A stretch of 64,000 nt of DNA from a virus (Duplodnaviria; Caudoviricetes): IMG/VR virus record IMGVR_UViG_3300020050_005381, positions 2,095-66,094 of that record; one strand, given 5' to 3'. The translations under genes and the position numbers were made by a program. Positions 55,328-64,000 of this stretch are shown here, piece after piece. Under the pieces are notes generated by a model, which saw only the letters and a list, made by a program, of their open reading frames with translations, ran no database searches and was not told the DNA's origin. Numbering within the stretch: position 1 is the stretch's first letter; every line of letters begins with the position of its first letter.

Positions 55328-57113
55328 GGCTTCACCCCGCAACTCAGTGCTAGGGGCCATCTCTGATGCTCTGGCCTCGGCCAAGAGACAAGGAAATCGG
55401 GTAGATGTGCCCTTTCTGGGTGGTCTAGGCGACCTTCTGATGGGCAAGACCCCAGAAGAGGTAAATGAGTGGGCCTATGGTAATGCCCCTATGCGAGTTA
55501 CGGGTCGAGGCACTGGTAGCTTAATCCCCCAAATGAAGACTGGACGTGGAGAGCAGCTACTCGACGCCGTCACTACCTTACCAGGTATGATAGCAGCTCC
55601 GGCTAGAGCAGCTCCAGCATTAGCCAAGCATGCCGCAGGTCAGGTACATCGGGGTATGATGGGCGAAGGCCCCCTCAGAGGCGCGCTAAGTGCGGTGGCT
55701 CCCCTGAACGTGATCAAAGACAAGGGAGGCAACTGGATACCTCAGCACATTGAACAAGCGATCAAACCAGAGCTTAGAGCTACTAATCTTGAGCAGCTAA
55801 TGAATGACCCCACGATCGCTCAATTTCTTCAGCCCAGGGCCAAGGCCATGGAAAAGGCCCGCACAATGGACAAATGGATTCAAGGTGCACTGAAGAACTA
55901 TATCACAAAGGACATGGCTACTGAGGGAGACCCCATCAGAAAGCTGGCCGAGCAGAACATTCTGCATATTGACCCCCAAGAGCTCAATGTCAACATGAGC
56001 ACTTATGGCAAGTGGCCCAGTCGGGGTCAATCCTTCCACGGTAAGTCAGACATGGCCAAAACCTGGGAAGGCGCTTCAGACAACGTCATCAGCCGAAACA
56101 CCGCGGGCATACTACAGCAGGAACGTGGCCCAGCAGTGGATCAGAACCCCTGGATTGACAAACTTAAGGTTGATGAGCCTGTATTCTCTCTGTATGAGCC
56201 TAAGTACACCATGAGAAACCTGGGCTTAGATCGTTTGCATCAACACGTCTATGACGCGCTACTCGAGGGTCGCATTCACCCCGAGCAACTGAACTCTGGA
56301 TCCTTCGGTGTGGAAGCCGCTGTACGCGATGCACACAACGTACGCATGGCCAAAGCTGCAGCGGAAGAGAAGGCCGCTCTAGAGTCACTCAAAGGCGAGG
56401 CTGTCTTCGAGCACAAGGCCTATCCCGAGGGCTATCGCTGGGTCGAGTTTAAAGAGCCTAAGGGGTCAATGACTCCAGATGAGTTTGAATCCGCTAATGC
56501 TCATCTGAGCCCCAAGGAGTGGGATGAGGCTATGGATAACTACCGAAGGAACATTCGTCCTCGGGGCCGAAACAGCCTGCAGAAATCGCTAACCGCTGAA
56601 GGCGACTACATGGGCCACTGCGTGGGTAACTACTGCGACGACGTGATAGCTGGCAACAAACGGGTCTTTGCTCTGCGCGACCCTGAAGGGAAGCCCCGTG
56701 TTACAGTTGAGGCTCAGAAAGGTAGCGATGACTCTTGGTCTCTCAATCAGATCAAAGGCTCGGGCAAGAGAGACCCCTCTCAGGCTATCACTCCAGAGAT
56801 ACTGGAGACCGTTCAGCCCTACCTTAAGGACTTCCTGAACTCACAGCCCTGGGGTACGGTCAGAGACATGAAGAACACTGGGATGAGGGATATGTCTGAG
56901 TATGCGGGCCATAAAGGATCTCGCTTCATGACTCTATCAGAGCATGATGAGCTATTAAAGGCTAATCCTGGGCTGAAGTCTCTCATGCAAGATGCGATTG
57001 ATGACCCGAACTTCAATGATGGCTGGATTCCGGACGAGCATATTGAGATGGCCGAAGGTGGATTAGTGCCTCCACCGCATTTTGAGGATCTAGATAGGTT
57101 TCTGGGGCGGTAA
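55314..57113 (+). CDS. Large protein with PcfJ-like domain and C-terminal AEGGLV motif
   Basis: LTAEGDYMGHCVGNY...FALRDPEGKPRVTVE...QIKG. Confidence 0.7.
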   Translation: MAGLKASPRNSVLGAISDALASAKRQGNRVDVPFLGGLGDLLMGKTPEEVNEWAYGNAPMRVTGRGTGSLIPQMKTGRGEQLLDAVTTLPGMIAAPARAAPALAKHAAGQVHRGMMGEGPLRGALSAVAPLNVIKDKGGNWIPQHIEQAIKPELRATNLEQLMNDPTIAQFLQPRAKAMEKARTMDKWIQGALKNYITKDMATEGDPIRKLAEQNILHIDPQELNVNMSTYGKWPSRGQSFHGKSDMAKTWEGASDNVISRNTAGILQQERGPAVDQNPWIDKLKVDEPVFSLYEPKYTMRNLGLDRLHQHVYDALLEGRIHPEQLNSGSFGVEAAVRDAHNVRMAKAAAEEKAALESLKGEAVFEHKAYPEGYRWVEFKEPKGSMTPDEFESANAHLSPKEWDEAMDNYRRNIRPRGRNSLQKSLTAEGDYMGHCVGNYCDDVIAGNKRVFALRDPEGKPRVTVEAQKGSDDSWSLNQIKGSGKRDPSQAITPEILETVQPYLKDFLNSQPWGTVRDMKNTGMRDMSEYAGHKGSRFMTLSEHDELLKANPGLKSLMQDAIDDPNFNDGWIPDEHIEMAEGGLVPPPHFEDLDRFLGR

Positions 57114-57155
57114 AACGAGATATAATTGTCATGACAAGACTAGGGAAGAAATCCA

Positions 57156-59885
57156 GTGGAAAATGAAGTCGAAGTAGAGCTTCCGGAAGAGGAATTAGGG
57201 GAATTCACTGAGAATCCCGATGGTTCCGTGGACTTTGAGGATCTTACCGCTCCTCAGGCCGGAAGCACCGACTTCCTGAACAACCTGGTCCTCACACTGC
57301 CTAAGGACGTAGTAACTGCCATTGCTGATGAGCTTATCGAGCTTATCGAGCGTGACAAGGAGTCGCGCGAGAAAAGGGACAAACAGTATGAGGAAGGACT
57401 TCGTAGAACCGGACTTGGCAATGACGCACCGGGCGGCGCTGAGTTTGAAGGCGCTAGCAAAGTGGTACATCCAGTTCTGGCCGAAGCCTGTGTGGATTTT
57501 TCCAGTCGAGCAATCAAAGAACTCTTTCCAGCATCAGGTCCTGTCAAACCTTGGGTCACGGGTGAGACCACCACACAGAAGCTAGACAAAGCCAATCGCA
57601 AGACTCGGTACATGAACTGGCAGCTCACGACCCAAATCGAGGAGTATCGTGGGCAACTTGAACAGCTTCTAACCCAGCTTCCTCTGGGAGGCAGTCAGTA
57701 TCAGAAGTTCTGGTATGATGAGCGCTTAGGTCGCTCCTGCGTCGAGTTCGTTCCAATCGATGAGATTTACTTGCCTTACTCTGCCTCGGGTTTCTATACT
57801 GCGGCTCGAGTTACGCATCGTCAACTGCTCACCAAGTATGAGTTCCGCCGTCGAATCACCTCTAAGCTGTATGAAGACATCTTCTACACGGATACTCACT
57901 CAGCCCCGGAAAGTACAGCTTCAGGCTCGGCCAATGATAAGATTGAGGGTCGTGAAGAAGACGGCTACAACGAAGATGGCGTTCGGGCGGTCCTTGAGAT
58001 CTATTGCTGGCAGATGTTGGATGGTGATGATATCACTAAAGGTGAGTCAGCTCCTTACATCGTTACTATCGACGAAGACACCGAAAAAGTCCTATCCATC
58101 TATCGCAACTGGAAAGAAGGGGATGATCGACTCCTCAAGCTTGACTGGTTTGTGGAGTGGAAGTTCATACCTTGGCGAGGGGCTTATGCTATTGGCTTGC
58201 CACACCTTATCGGTGGCCTTGCTGCTGCACTCACTGGCGCCCTTCGTGCTCTTCTAGACTCGGCTCACATTAACAACGCCGCGACGATGCTCAAGCTCAA
58301 AGCTGGGCGGATCTCTGGGCAGAATACTGAAGTCAGTGTTACTCAGGTTTGTGAGATAGAGGGTCCGGCTGGCATCGATGACATTCGCAAGCTAGCTATG
58401 CCGATGCCATTCAATCAGCCCAGCCCAGTTCTGCAGACGCTTATGCAGGATCTGTACGGGCTGGCTCGTGGAGTAGTGGCTACAGCTGAGGACAAGATAG
58501 GTCAAGTAGGCGACCGTACTCCGGTTGGCACCACGATGGCGCTGATTGAGCAGGGTTCCAACACCTACTCAGCCATCCACGCTCGCCTGCACGAATCCCA
58601 GAAACGTGCTCTAGCCATCCTGCATCGTCTGAATGGTACTTACCTGGATCAGGAAGAGGTCATTGAAGACCAGGGAGAGCTCACGGTTCGTCGTGAAGAC
58701 TTCCTGGGCACGATGGATGTTATTCCAGTTTCTGACCCCACGATCTTCTCTGAAGCACAGCGGTTCGCTCAGACACAAGCCATTATGCAGATGGCTCAGC
58801 AAGACGCAGGCAATCCTAATGTTCCTTGGAACCAGGTCAACGTTCGTCGTCGTGCTCTCAAGCAGATGCGGATCGAGAACGTTGATGAGCTGCTACCACC
58901 ACAGAAGGATCCGGTTACTGCGGACATCCTGACAGAAAACCTTCAGTCTCTGCGGGGCTTCCCACTGAAGTCCGCTCCTGAGCAAGATCATATGGCTCAC
59001 ATCCAGGGGCATCTGGTCTTCATATCCTCACCTGTGCAGTCTCAGAATCCCCTGGTGCCTCCACAGGCTTTGGGCGCTCTCATGGGTCACATTGAAGAGC
59101 ATATTCAAGAATACACCCTAGTGGTTACTCAACAGGCTGCGGCTCAGATCATGATGCAGACTGGGGCTCCACAGGTGAATGATCAAGTGGTGGCTCAAGC
59201 CATAGGCATGGCTCAGCAACAGCTAACGCAAGAGCTGGGTCCGGTCATTCAGCAGATTCAACAGGTTCAGCAAGCTCTGCAGCAGCGTACTCCGCCCCCG
59301 CCGATGCCTCCGGAAGTACAGGCGTCCATCAAGATCGCGGAGATGGACATCCAGCGGAAGACGCAGATGGATCAAGCTACTCTGCAGAACAAACAGTCGG
59401 AGCAGCAGGCCAACCAGCAACTTGAGCAGGCCACTCTGGCCATGAAAGCCAGCCAGGCTCAGTTCCAGCAGCAAATGGAACAGTCTCAGCAGCAGTTCGA
59501 CAACTACATTGAACAGATCAAGGTCCAGTCTGAAGCTGAAGCTAAGGCTAATAAGGACCAGGTTGAACTCCTGAAGAATGAGATGGATAATCACCAGAAG
59601 CAGATGACTGAGCTTCTGAAGAATCGTGATGACAATGAGACCAAGATTGCTATCGAGCAGATGTCTCAGCAGCTGAATACCATGACTGAACAAGTTCCGC
59701 AAGAGCCCATTGACCTTACTCCTCACCTTGAACAAATGAACCAGATACTATCTCAGATGGGAAAAGACCGTACCAACGATGCTCTTGGTGAGGTTATGAA
59801 CGGGCTCCGAGCCACAATCGAAACACTCAATAAGCCTAAGACCATCGTTCGTGATGCTCAGGGCAAAGCTCAGGGGATTCAATGA
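57156..59885 (+). CDS. Portal protein (P22-like with long C-terminal helical barrel)
   Basis: HPVLAEAC...FPASGPVK, LPLGGSQYQK, GAYAIGL, TPVGTTMALIEQG; Q-rich coiled-coil tail. Confidence 0.9.
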   Translation: MENEVEVELPEEELGEFTENPDGSVDFEDLTAPQAGSTDFLNNLVLTLPKDVVTAIADELIELIERDKESREKRDKQYEEGLRRTGLGNDAPGGAEFEGASKVVHPVLAEACVDFSSRAIKELFPASGPVKPWVTGETTTQKLDKANRKTRYMNWQLTTQIEEYRGQLEQLLTQLPLGGSQYQKFWYDERLGRSCVEFVPIDEIYLPYSASGFYTAARVTHRQLLTKYEFRRRITSKLYEDIFYTDTHSAPESTASGSANDKIEGREEDGYNEDGVRAVLEIYCWQMLDGDDITKGESAPYIVTIDEDTEKVLSIYRNWKEGDDRLLKLDWFVEWKFIPWRGAYAIGLPHLIGGLAAALTGALRALLDSAHINNAATMLKLKAGRISGQNTEVSVTQVCEIEGPAGIDDIRKLAMPMPFNQPSPVLQTLMQDLYGLARGVVATAEDKIGQVGDRTPVGTTMALIEQGSNTYSAIHARLHESQKRALAILHRLNGTYLDQEEVIEDQGELTVRREDFLGTMDVIPVSDPTIFSEAQRFAQTQAIMQMAQQDAGNPNVPWNQVNVRRRALKQMRIENVDELLPPQKDPVTADILTENLQSLRGFPLKSAPEQDHMAHIQGHLVFISSPVQSQNPLVPPQALGALMGHIEEHIQEYTLVVTQQAAAQIMMQTGAPQVNDQVVAQAIGMAQQQLTQELGPVIQQIQQVQQALQQRTPPPPMPPEVQASIKIAEMDIQRKTQMDQATLQNKQSEQQANQQLEQATLAMKASQAQFQQQMEQSQQQFDNYIEQIKVQSEAEAKANKDQVELLKNEMDNHQKQMTELLKNRDDNETKIAIEQMSQQLNTMTEQVPQEPIDLTPHLEQMNQILSQMGKDRTNDALGEVMNGLRATIETLNKPKTIVRDAQGKAQGIQ

Positions 59886-60223
59886 TGCCTGAAAAAGATC
59901 CCCTAACTTGGACGTTGGGAACCTGGGCGCTCGCCCTCGCCATGGCCATGGGCGGTGGACTGGTCAACTGGTACGCTAAACTGCGTAGTGGCCATGTAAG
60001 GGTCTTTAATTTCGTCGAGCTAATAGGCGAGATCTTCACCAGTGGATTCGTAGGTCTAGGGGTATTCATGTTGCTCGACTCATGGAATCAGCCCGCGGGT
60101 CTCTGCGCCGCAGCAGCGGGTGTATCTGGTCACATGGCAACACGCCTTTTGTTTGCAGTTGAACGCGCCGTAGAGCGACAGCTCAATGCCTTCGGCGTCA
60201 CTAAAACGACTAAAGGAGAGTAG
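59882..60223 (+). CDS. Holin
   Basis: Three hydrophobic segments (GGLVNWY, FTSGFVGLG, AAAAGVSGHM), basic C-terminus, upstream of endolysin. Confidence 0.75.
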   Translation: MMPEKDPLTWTLGTWALALAMAMGGGLVNWYAKLRSGHVRVFNFVELIGEIFTSGFVGLGVFMLLDSWNQPAGLCAAAAGVSGHMATRLLFAVERAVERQLNAFGVTKTTKGE

Positions 60224-60227
60224 CTCT

Positions 60228-60644
60228 ATGGCTTCTCGCTCTCTGTCTGACCTAAATCCCATAGTCAAAGCCAAAGCTGAGCATTTTCTGGCCGCTTGTA
60301 AGCGCGAGGGTCTCGATATTCTAATCTACTGTACCTATCGTTCTGGTGCAGAACAGGAGGTATTGTATGAGCAAGGACGCACCACACCCGGCAAAATTGT
60401 TACTAACGCTCGGGCTGGTCAATCTTGGCATAATTGGCGCTGTGCATTTGACTTTGTTCCGCTGGTGGCTGGGAAACCTGCATGGAACGACAAAGCGCTC
60501 TACCTTAAAGCTGGTGTCATCGCGGAATCTGTCGGGCTTGAGTGGGCTGGGCGTTGGACGGGAAAATTGCGGGAATCTGCACATTGTCAGTACAGCGGAG
60601 GACTGTCAATAAAGGACCTTATTGACGGAAAGGTGATCAAATGA
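60228..60644 (+). CDS. Endolysin, M15-family (L-Ala-D-Glu) peptidase
   Basis: TYRS..EQ..LY.QGRT, SWHNWRCAFD, ESAHCQ. Confidence 0.9.
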   Translation: MASRSLSDLNPIVKAKAEHFLAACKREGLDILIYCTYRSGAEQEVLYEQGRTTPGKIVTNARAGQSWHNWRCAFDFVPLVAGKPAWNDKALYLKAGVIAESVGLEWAGRWTGKLRESAHCQYSGGLSIKDLIDGKVIK

Positions 60645-61174
60645 GCTGGTTAGATACTATTAAGGCACTCGCCCCTACGGTAGCCAGTGCGCTAGGGGGA
60701 CCGCTGGCTGGAGCTGCGGTTACTGCTATTGGGGCGCTTATTGGGTTAAGCGAGCCTACCCAAGACAAAATCAAAGCTGTCATTGAAAACGGGTCGCTTA
60801 CGGGTGAACAGATCAGCGGTCTGCGACAGCTGGAGATGAAGTATAAGGACGAGGAAGCTGAACGCGGGTTCCGCTACTCTGAGCTGGAGTTCAAGAACGT
60901 TGATTCTGCTCGTGAACGAGATGCTAAGATAGTGGCCGTCACGGGACACAACTATCGCGCGGACACCATGTACGTCCTGGCCGTGATGGTGATTTGCGGA
61001 CTGGTCTTCCTTATCTGGAGAGACCAGGATGTCAACGAGTATTTGAAAGGCATCATCACACTGGTGCTTGGTCGGTTTTTGGGCTATCTGGACAACATAT
61101 ACAACTTTGAATTCGGCACTACTCGCGTCAACCGAGCCAAAGATGAAACGATCAATACGCTAGCAAACAAATGA
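60641..61174 (+). CDS. 3-TM holin-like membrane protein
   Basis: APTVASALGGPLAG...DVDSARERD-like...YNFEFGTT. Confidence 0.7.
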   Translation: MSWLDTIKALAPTVASALGGPLAGAAVTAIGALIGLSEPTQDKIKAVIENGSLTGEQISGLRQLEMKYKDEEAERGFRYSELEFKNVDSARERDAKIVAVTGHNYRADTMYVLAVMVICGLVFLIWRDQDVNEYLKGIITLVLGRFLGYLDNIYNFEFGTTRVNRAKDETINTLANK

Positions 61175-61404
61175 CTCACGCTCCCACCTTCCCGGAAACT
61201 GCCAACTGCCAAACCATGTATGATTACTTTGCATGGTTTGTGGAGAATGGTCGTGGGGCGGATCGGGCAACACTCGACCAGCGCGGCCTGAGCTTCCTTG
61301 TTCTGCCGCAATACGTCGGCAAAGACATCGGCTTGTGTCTTCCACCACATGACGAAACTGACAACCCTGTGCTGCACAAGGTTTATCTGAGAGCAACGTT
61401 TTAA
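61171..61404 (+). CDS. Small hypothetical protein
   Basis: ATGA coupling to upstream gene. Confidence 0.45.
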   Translation: MTHAPTFPETANCQTMYDYFAWFVENGRGADRATLDQRGLSFLVLPQYVGKDIGLCLPPHDETDNPVLHKVYLRATF

Positions 61405-61423
61405 CCACTTAAAGGGGCATCAA

Positions 61424-61639
61424 ATGAAAATCGAATGTTTGACCACATTTCTCGACGGCAAGGACCGCTACGAAAGTGGTGATGTGCGCACGGTCGAAGA
61501 TGACAAAGGCGCGCAGTTCGTCGCTAACGGATGGGCCAAGGATGTCGCTGGCCGCGTGGCAACGGGCAGTGAATCGTCAGGCGTTGTAAATCTAGCTGTC
61601 GATAACTCAGTAATCGGATTAGGAGACTCCAATGGCTAA
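61424..61639 (+). CDS. Small virion-associated protein
   Basis: IECLTTFLDG.DRYESGDVRTV...FVANGWAK pattern; GGGG RBS. Confidence 0.55.
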   Translation: MKIECLTTFLDGKDRYESGDVRTVEDDKGAQFVANGWAKDVAGRVATGSESSGVVNLAVDNSVIGLGDSNG

Positions 61640-62012
61640 AACAGTCCATGATGACGTGCTTGACGGCGCGCTGAACATCATCAAAAACAACGTGACGCGG
61701 CAAGTCGCTTGCTCGGCACAACCGACAACTTATACCGAAGGTAACGCCACGTATGCGCTGGCCGATGTGACGATGGCCTCGGGTGATTTCACGCTTGCCA
61801 ATGGCGACACATCCGGTCGCAAGGTGACGACTGCTGCAAAGTCAGGCGTGCTGATTGACACCAGCGGCACTGCCACCCACGTTTGTTTGCTCGACGTGAC
61901 CAACAGCAAGTTGTCCTACGTTACCACCTGCACCTCGCAGGCTGTGACCGCCAATGGTTCCAACACCGTCAATTTCCCGGCTTGGGATATTGAGATTGCT
62001 GATCCTGCTTAG
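61632..62012 (+). CDS. Conserved fibre-module/virion protein
   Basis: MAKTVHDDVLDGAL...GDTSGRKVT...VNFPAWDIEIADP; GGAG RBS. Confidence 0.65.
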   Translation: MAKTVHDDVLDGALNIIKNNVTRQVACSAQPTTYTEGNATYALADVTMASGDFTLANGDTSGRKVTTAAKSGVLIDTSGTATHVCLLDVTNSKLSYVTTCTSQAVTANGSNTVNFPAWDIEIADPA

Positions 62013-62014
62013 TC

Positions 62015-62401
62015 ATGGCACTCATTGACGACATTCTGGCGTTGCCTGCCGAGCTACGGGCAATGCAGGACACACAAGCCATTGCCGATGCTTTGCCGCC
62101 TGTGGTCACTATCCGCGCCTGCGAGATTGGCAAGGGAAAAGTGATTGGGACGATTGGCCTTGTGGCAGGTAATACGCTGCTCGACATCATTGATAACGTC
62201 GCCGACTTTCGCCATGTGAAACAACTGGTGGCCAATGGTTGGCTTGATGTTGGGGATGCACTTACCCGAGCCATGATTGATCAAGTCTGCACGCCGGAAG
62301 ATGGCGCAGCACTCAAGGCGTTGGCTGAAACATCGACGCCAATTGACGAAATGACCGTGCGCCGTGTGTGCTGGTCTGCTGATGGGGAGTGGCTGGTATG
62401 A
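62015..62401 (+). CDS. Fibre-module protein
   Basis: Coupled ORF; GWLDVGDALTRAMID pattern. Confidence 0.55.
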   Translation: MALIDDILALPAELRAMQDTQAIADALPPVVTIRACEIGKGKVIGTIGLVAGNTLLDIIDNVADFRHVKQLVANGWLDVGDALTRAMIDQVCTPEDGAALKALAETSTPIDEMTVRRVCWSADGEWLV

Positions 62402-62802
62402 CGACTGCAACTGCAACGAAAGCCGCACGCACCCTCATTGCTGCCGCTACGTCCAACACCGCAGGTGCTACTACACGCGGTACGGTTGATCTACGTACCG
62501 CATTCGGCGGTCTGCTCACAGTCAAGCTAACCAATGGTGGCACAGGGCCAACGCTGCAAGCTGAAGCGCGTGTTCTTGTTGCTCACAACACAGGATCAAC
62601 GCCAACCGCTGCGGGGGCAGGTGCGGACTGGAAGACAATCTATGTCGTGGGTAATGGCACGTCTGCATCAACCGTGGGTGAATGGTCTATCCCGATTGAT
62701 CAGAGCGTCATGCACTGCGAAGTGGAGATTACAGGCAACACAGGCCAAGCCGTCACCTGTGAAGCATTCCTGTCTGAACTTTCAAGTATAGACAACGCCT
62801 GA
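62398..62802 (+). CDS. Fibre-module beta-sandwich protein
   Basis: T/G/A-rich; ATGA coupling. Confidence 0.55.
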   Translation: MTTATATKAARTLIAAATSNTAGATTRGTVDLRTAFGGLLTVKLTNGGTGPTLQAEARVLVAHNTGSTPTAAGAGADWKTIYVVGNGTSASTVGEWSIPIDQSVMHCEVEITGNTGQAVTCEAFLSELSSIDNA

Positions 62803-64000
62803 TGTTTTTAATCTCACGCCCAATTGCGCGGGTATCTCAACCCGGTAGCAGTTGGGCACCGCTGGCAAAGCCACTAGATATTGGGGTGCTTTACAGTGGC
62901 ATTGCCGGAAGTACTCAGCGCAACGGCTCGCATCCCTCTTACGTCGCGGCAAATGCTTACGGGTACTGGGAGCAATACCCCACTGGAACTACTTACGCAT
63001 CAGGTTTTTGGCTTCCGCAAGCAAAGCCGATGTATGCGGGTTTGGGGTCTAGCTTTTTGTGGCATGGCCGGATCACGGCTCACTCCGCGTCTTACCCTTA
63101 CGTGGCCGGTAAGTGGCAGACCCCCACGGTCAGCGGCAACAACGCCGGGCAGTTTTACTTACTGATTGGATCATCTGGGAACATCGGGGTCACTGTTCAT
63201 CGCGGTGCATCCGGCGTATCTACGCTATACACAAGCATCCAAGCGCAGCTAGGTGTACCAATCACCGTGTTGCTTAATTTCAGCGATCTCGGCATTGACG
63301 TTATTACCAGTAAGGGCCGCGAGTTTCTATCCCTGACAGGAATTGGCGGTCTGGGTGGTCCAGCTGCTACATTTGGTGTCACCGTTGGTGCGCCCGGAAG
63401 CGGATATTCAGGCCATCAGTACGCTCGCACTGGCTTAATGGTCTGGAGTGATAAAACACTCCCAGATGATGTCGTCAAAAACCCTTGGCAAGTGTTTGCA
63501 CCGGTTGACCGTAAGTTGTTTTTGCCCCTGTCGGTGGGTGGGGGCAGCGCATCGTTAATCATTCAAGACGCATCTCACACCCACATTGCCGATTCACCCT
63601 CATTCAGCATGGCGACCTACCTCACCATTGCCGAGGCTTTGCATGGTCACGCTGCCGACAACATCACACTGGGCGTCACCGGCACGGCAAATCTGGTGGT
63701 GCAAGAGGCGACACACGCGCACATCGCCGACGGTGTAAGCCTGACCACGCAATGGCTGCTCACCATTGCCGAGGCGCTACACGCTCACGCTGCCGACAAC
63801 ATCACACTGGGCGTCACCGGCACGGCAAATCTGGCTATCGCCGACGCGACCAGCGGCCACACCTCGGAGGCCGTGGCGCTCACCTTGAATTCGCTGTTGG
63901 CGGTATTCGATGCCATTCACACCCATACTGCCGACAACCTGACGCTGGACACCAGCAACGCTACAGCACTCACGGTTCAGGACTCGACGCACGCCCACGG
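62802..64000 (+). CDS. Lectin-like (LamG-type) domain plus His-x-His repeat fibre protein, 3'-truncated (not in ORF track)
   Basis: Open from ATG 62802 to window end: MFLISRPIAR...NPWQVF, then repeats such as LTIAEALHGHAADNITL. Confidence 0.75.
   Translation, partial: MFLISRPIARVSQPGSSWAPLAKPLDIGVLYSGIAGSTQRNGSHPSYVAANAYGYWEQYPTGTTYASGFWLPQAKPMYAGLGSSFLWHGRITAHSASYPYVAGKWQTPTVSGNNAGQFYLLIGSSGNIGVTVHRGASGVSTLYTSIQAQLGVPITVLLNFSDLGIDVITSKGREFLSLTGIGGLGGPAATFGVTVGAPGSGYSGHQYARTGLMVWSDKTLPDDVVKNPWQVFAPVDRKLFLPLSVGGGSASLIIQDASHTHIADSPSFSMATYLTIAEALHGHAADNITLGVTGTANLVVQEATHAHIADGVSLTTQWLLTIAEALHAHAADNITLGVTGTANLAIADATSGHTSEAVALTLNSLLAVFDAIHTHTADNLTLDTSNATALTVQDSTHAH
63621..63834 (+). repeat. 138-bp-period direct repeat inside the fibre gene
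   Basis: 49-bp perfect block at 63648-63696 and 63786-63834, plus CTCACCATTGCCGAGGC at 63621 and 63759. Confidence 0.9.

Noticed and set aside
59200-59700. Q-rich CAG repeat element
   Set aside because: Ordinary coiled-coil barrel of a P22-like portal
63621-63834. Diversity-generating retroelement TR/VR pair
   Set aside because: Both copies are in frame in one gene, differences are not adenine-specific, and no reverse transcriptase is present

Overview
The window is most of the genome of a tailed dsDNA phage with a podovirus-like (P22-type portal, short tail, ejection proteins) morphogenesis module, read as a circular permutation. No bacterial housekeeping genes, integrase, repressor, RNA polymerase, tRNA or CRISPR array were seen. 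Layout: (+) 1-21.2 kb holds two putative nucleotide-signal sponge genes, then scaffold, capsid, tail/fibre and ejection genes; (-) 21-46.5 kb holds replication, recombination, nucleotide metabolism and a mosaic of small accessory ORFs; (+) 46.5-48.8 kb is the primase-helicase; 49.3-49.8 kb is an AT-rich, palindrome-rich candidate origin; (-) 49.9-51.4 kb holds early genes; (+) 51.8-64 kb holds terminase, four cargo genes, portal, lysis and a second fibre-like module. Most notable: (1) two well-formed integron attC sites (43530-43618, 43865-43925) delimit a rule-conforming 307-bp gene cassette whose gene is antisense to the attC polarity, with no integron integrase in the window; (2) a probable cytosine-modification pathway with two thymidylate-synthase-fold paralogues (both with the dCMP-type Asp), a dNMP kinase, an all-alpha dNTP pyrophosphatase, dCMP deaminase and a PolA with a degenerate UDG domain; (3) a ~140-aa minimal protein kinase and three proteins between terminase and portal, two of which end in an AxGGLV motif also found in an ejection protein; (4) tandem Tad2-like and Gp49/Acb4-like genes coupled to the scaffold gene. 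All family assignments come from motifs read by eye; no database search was run.
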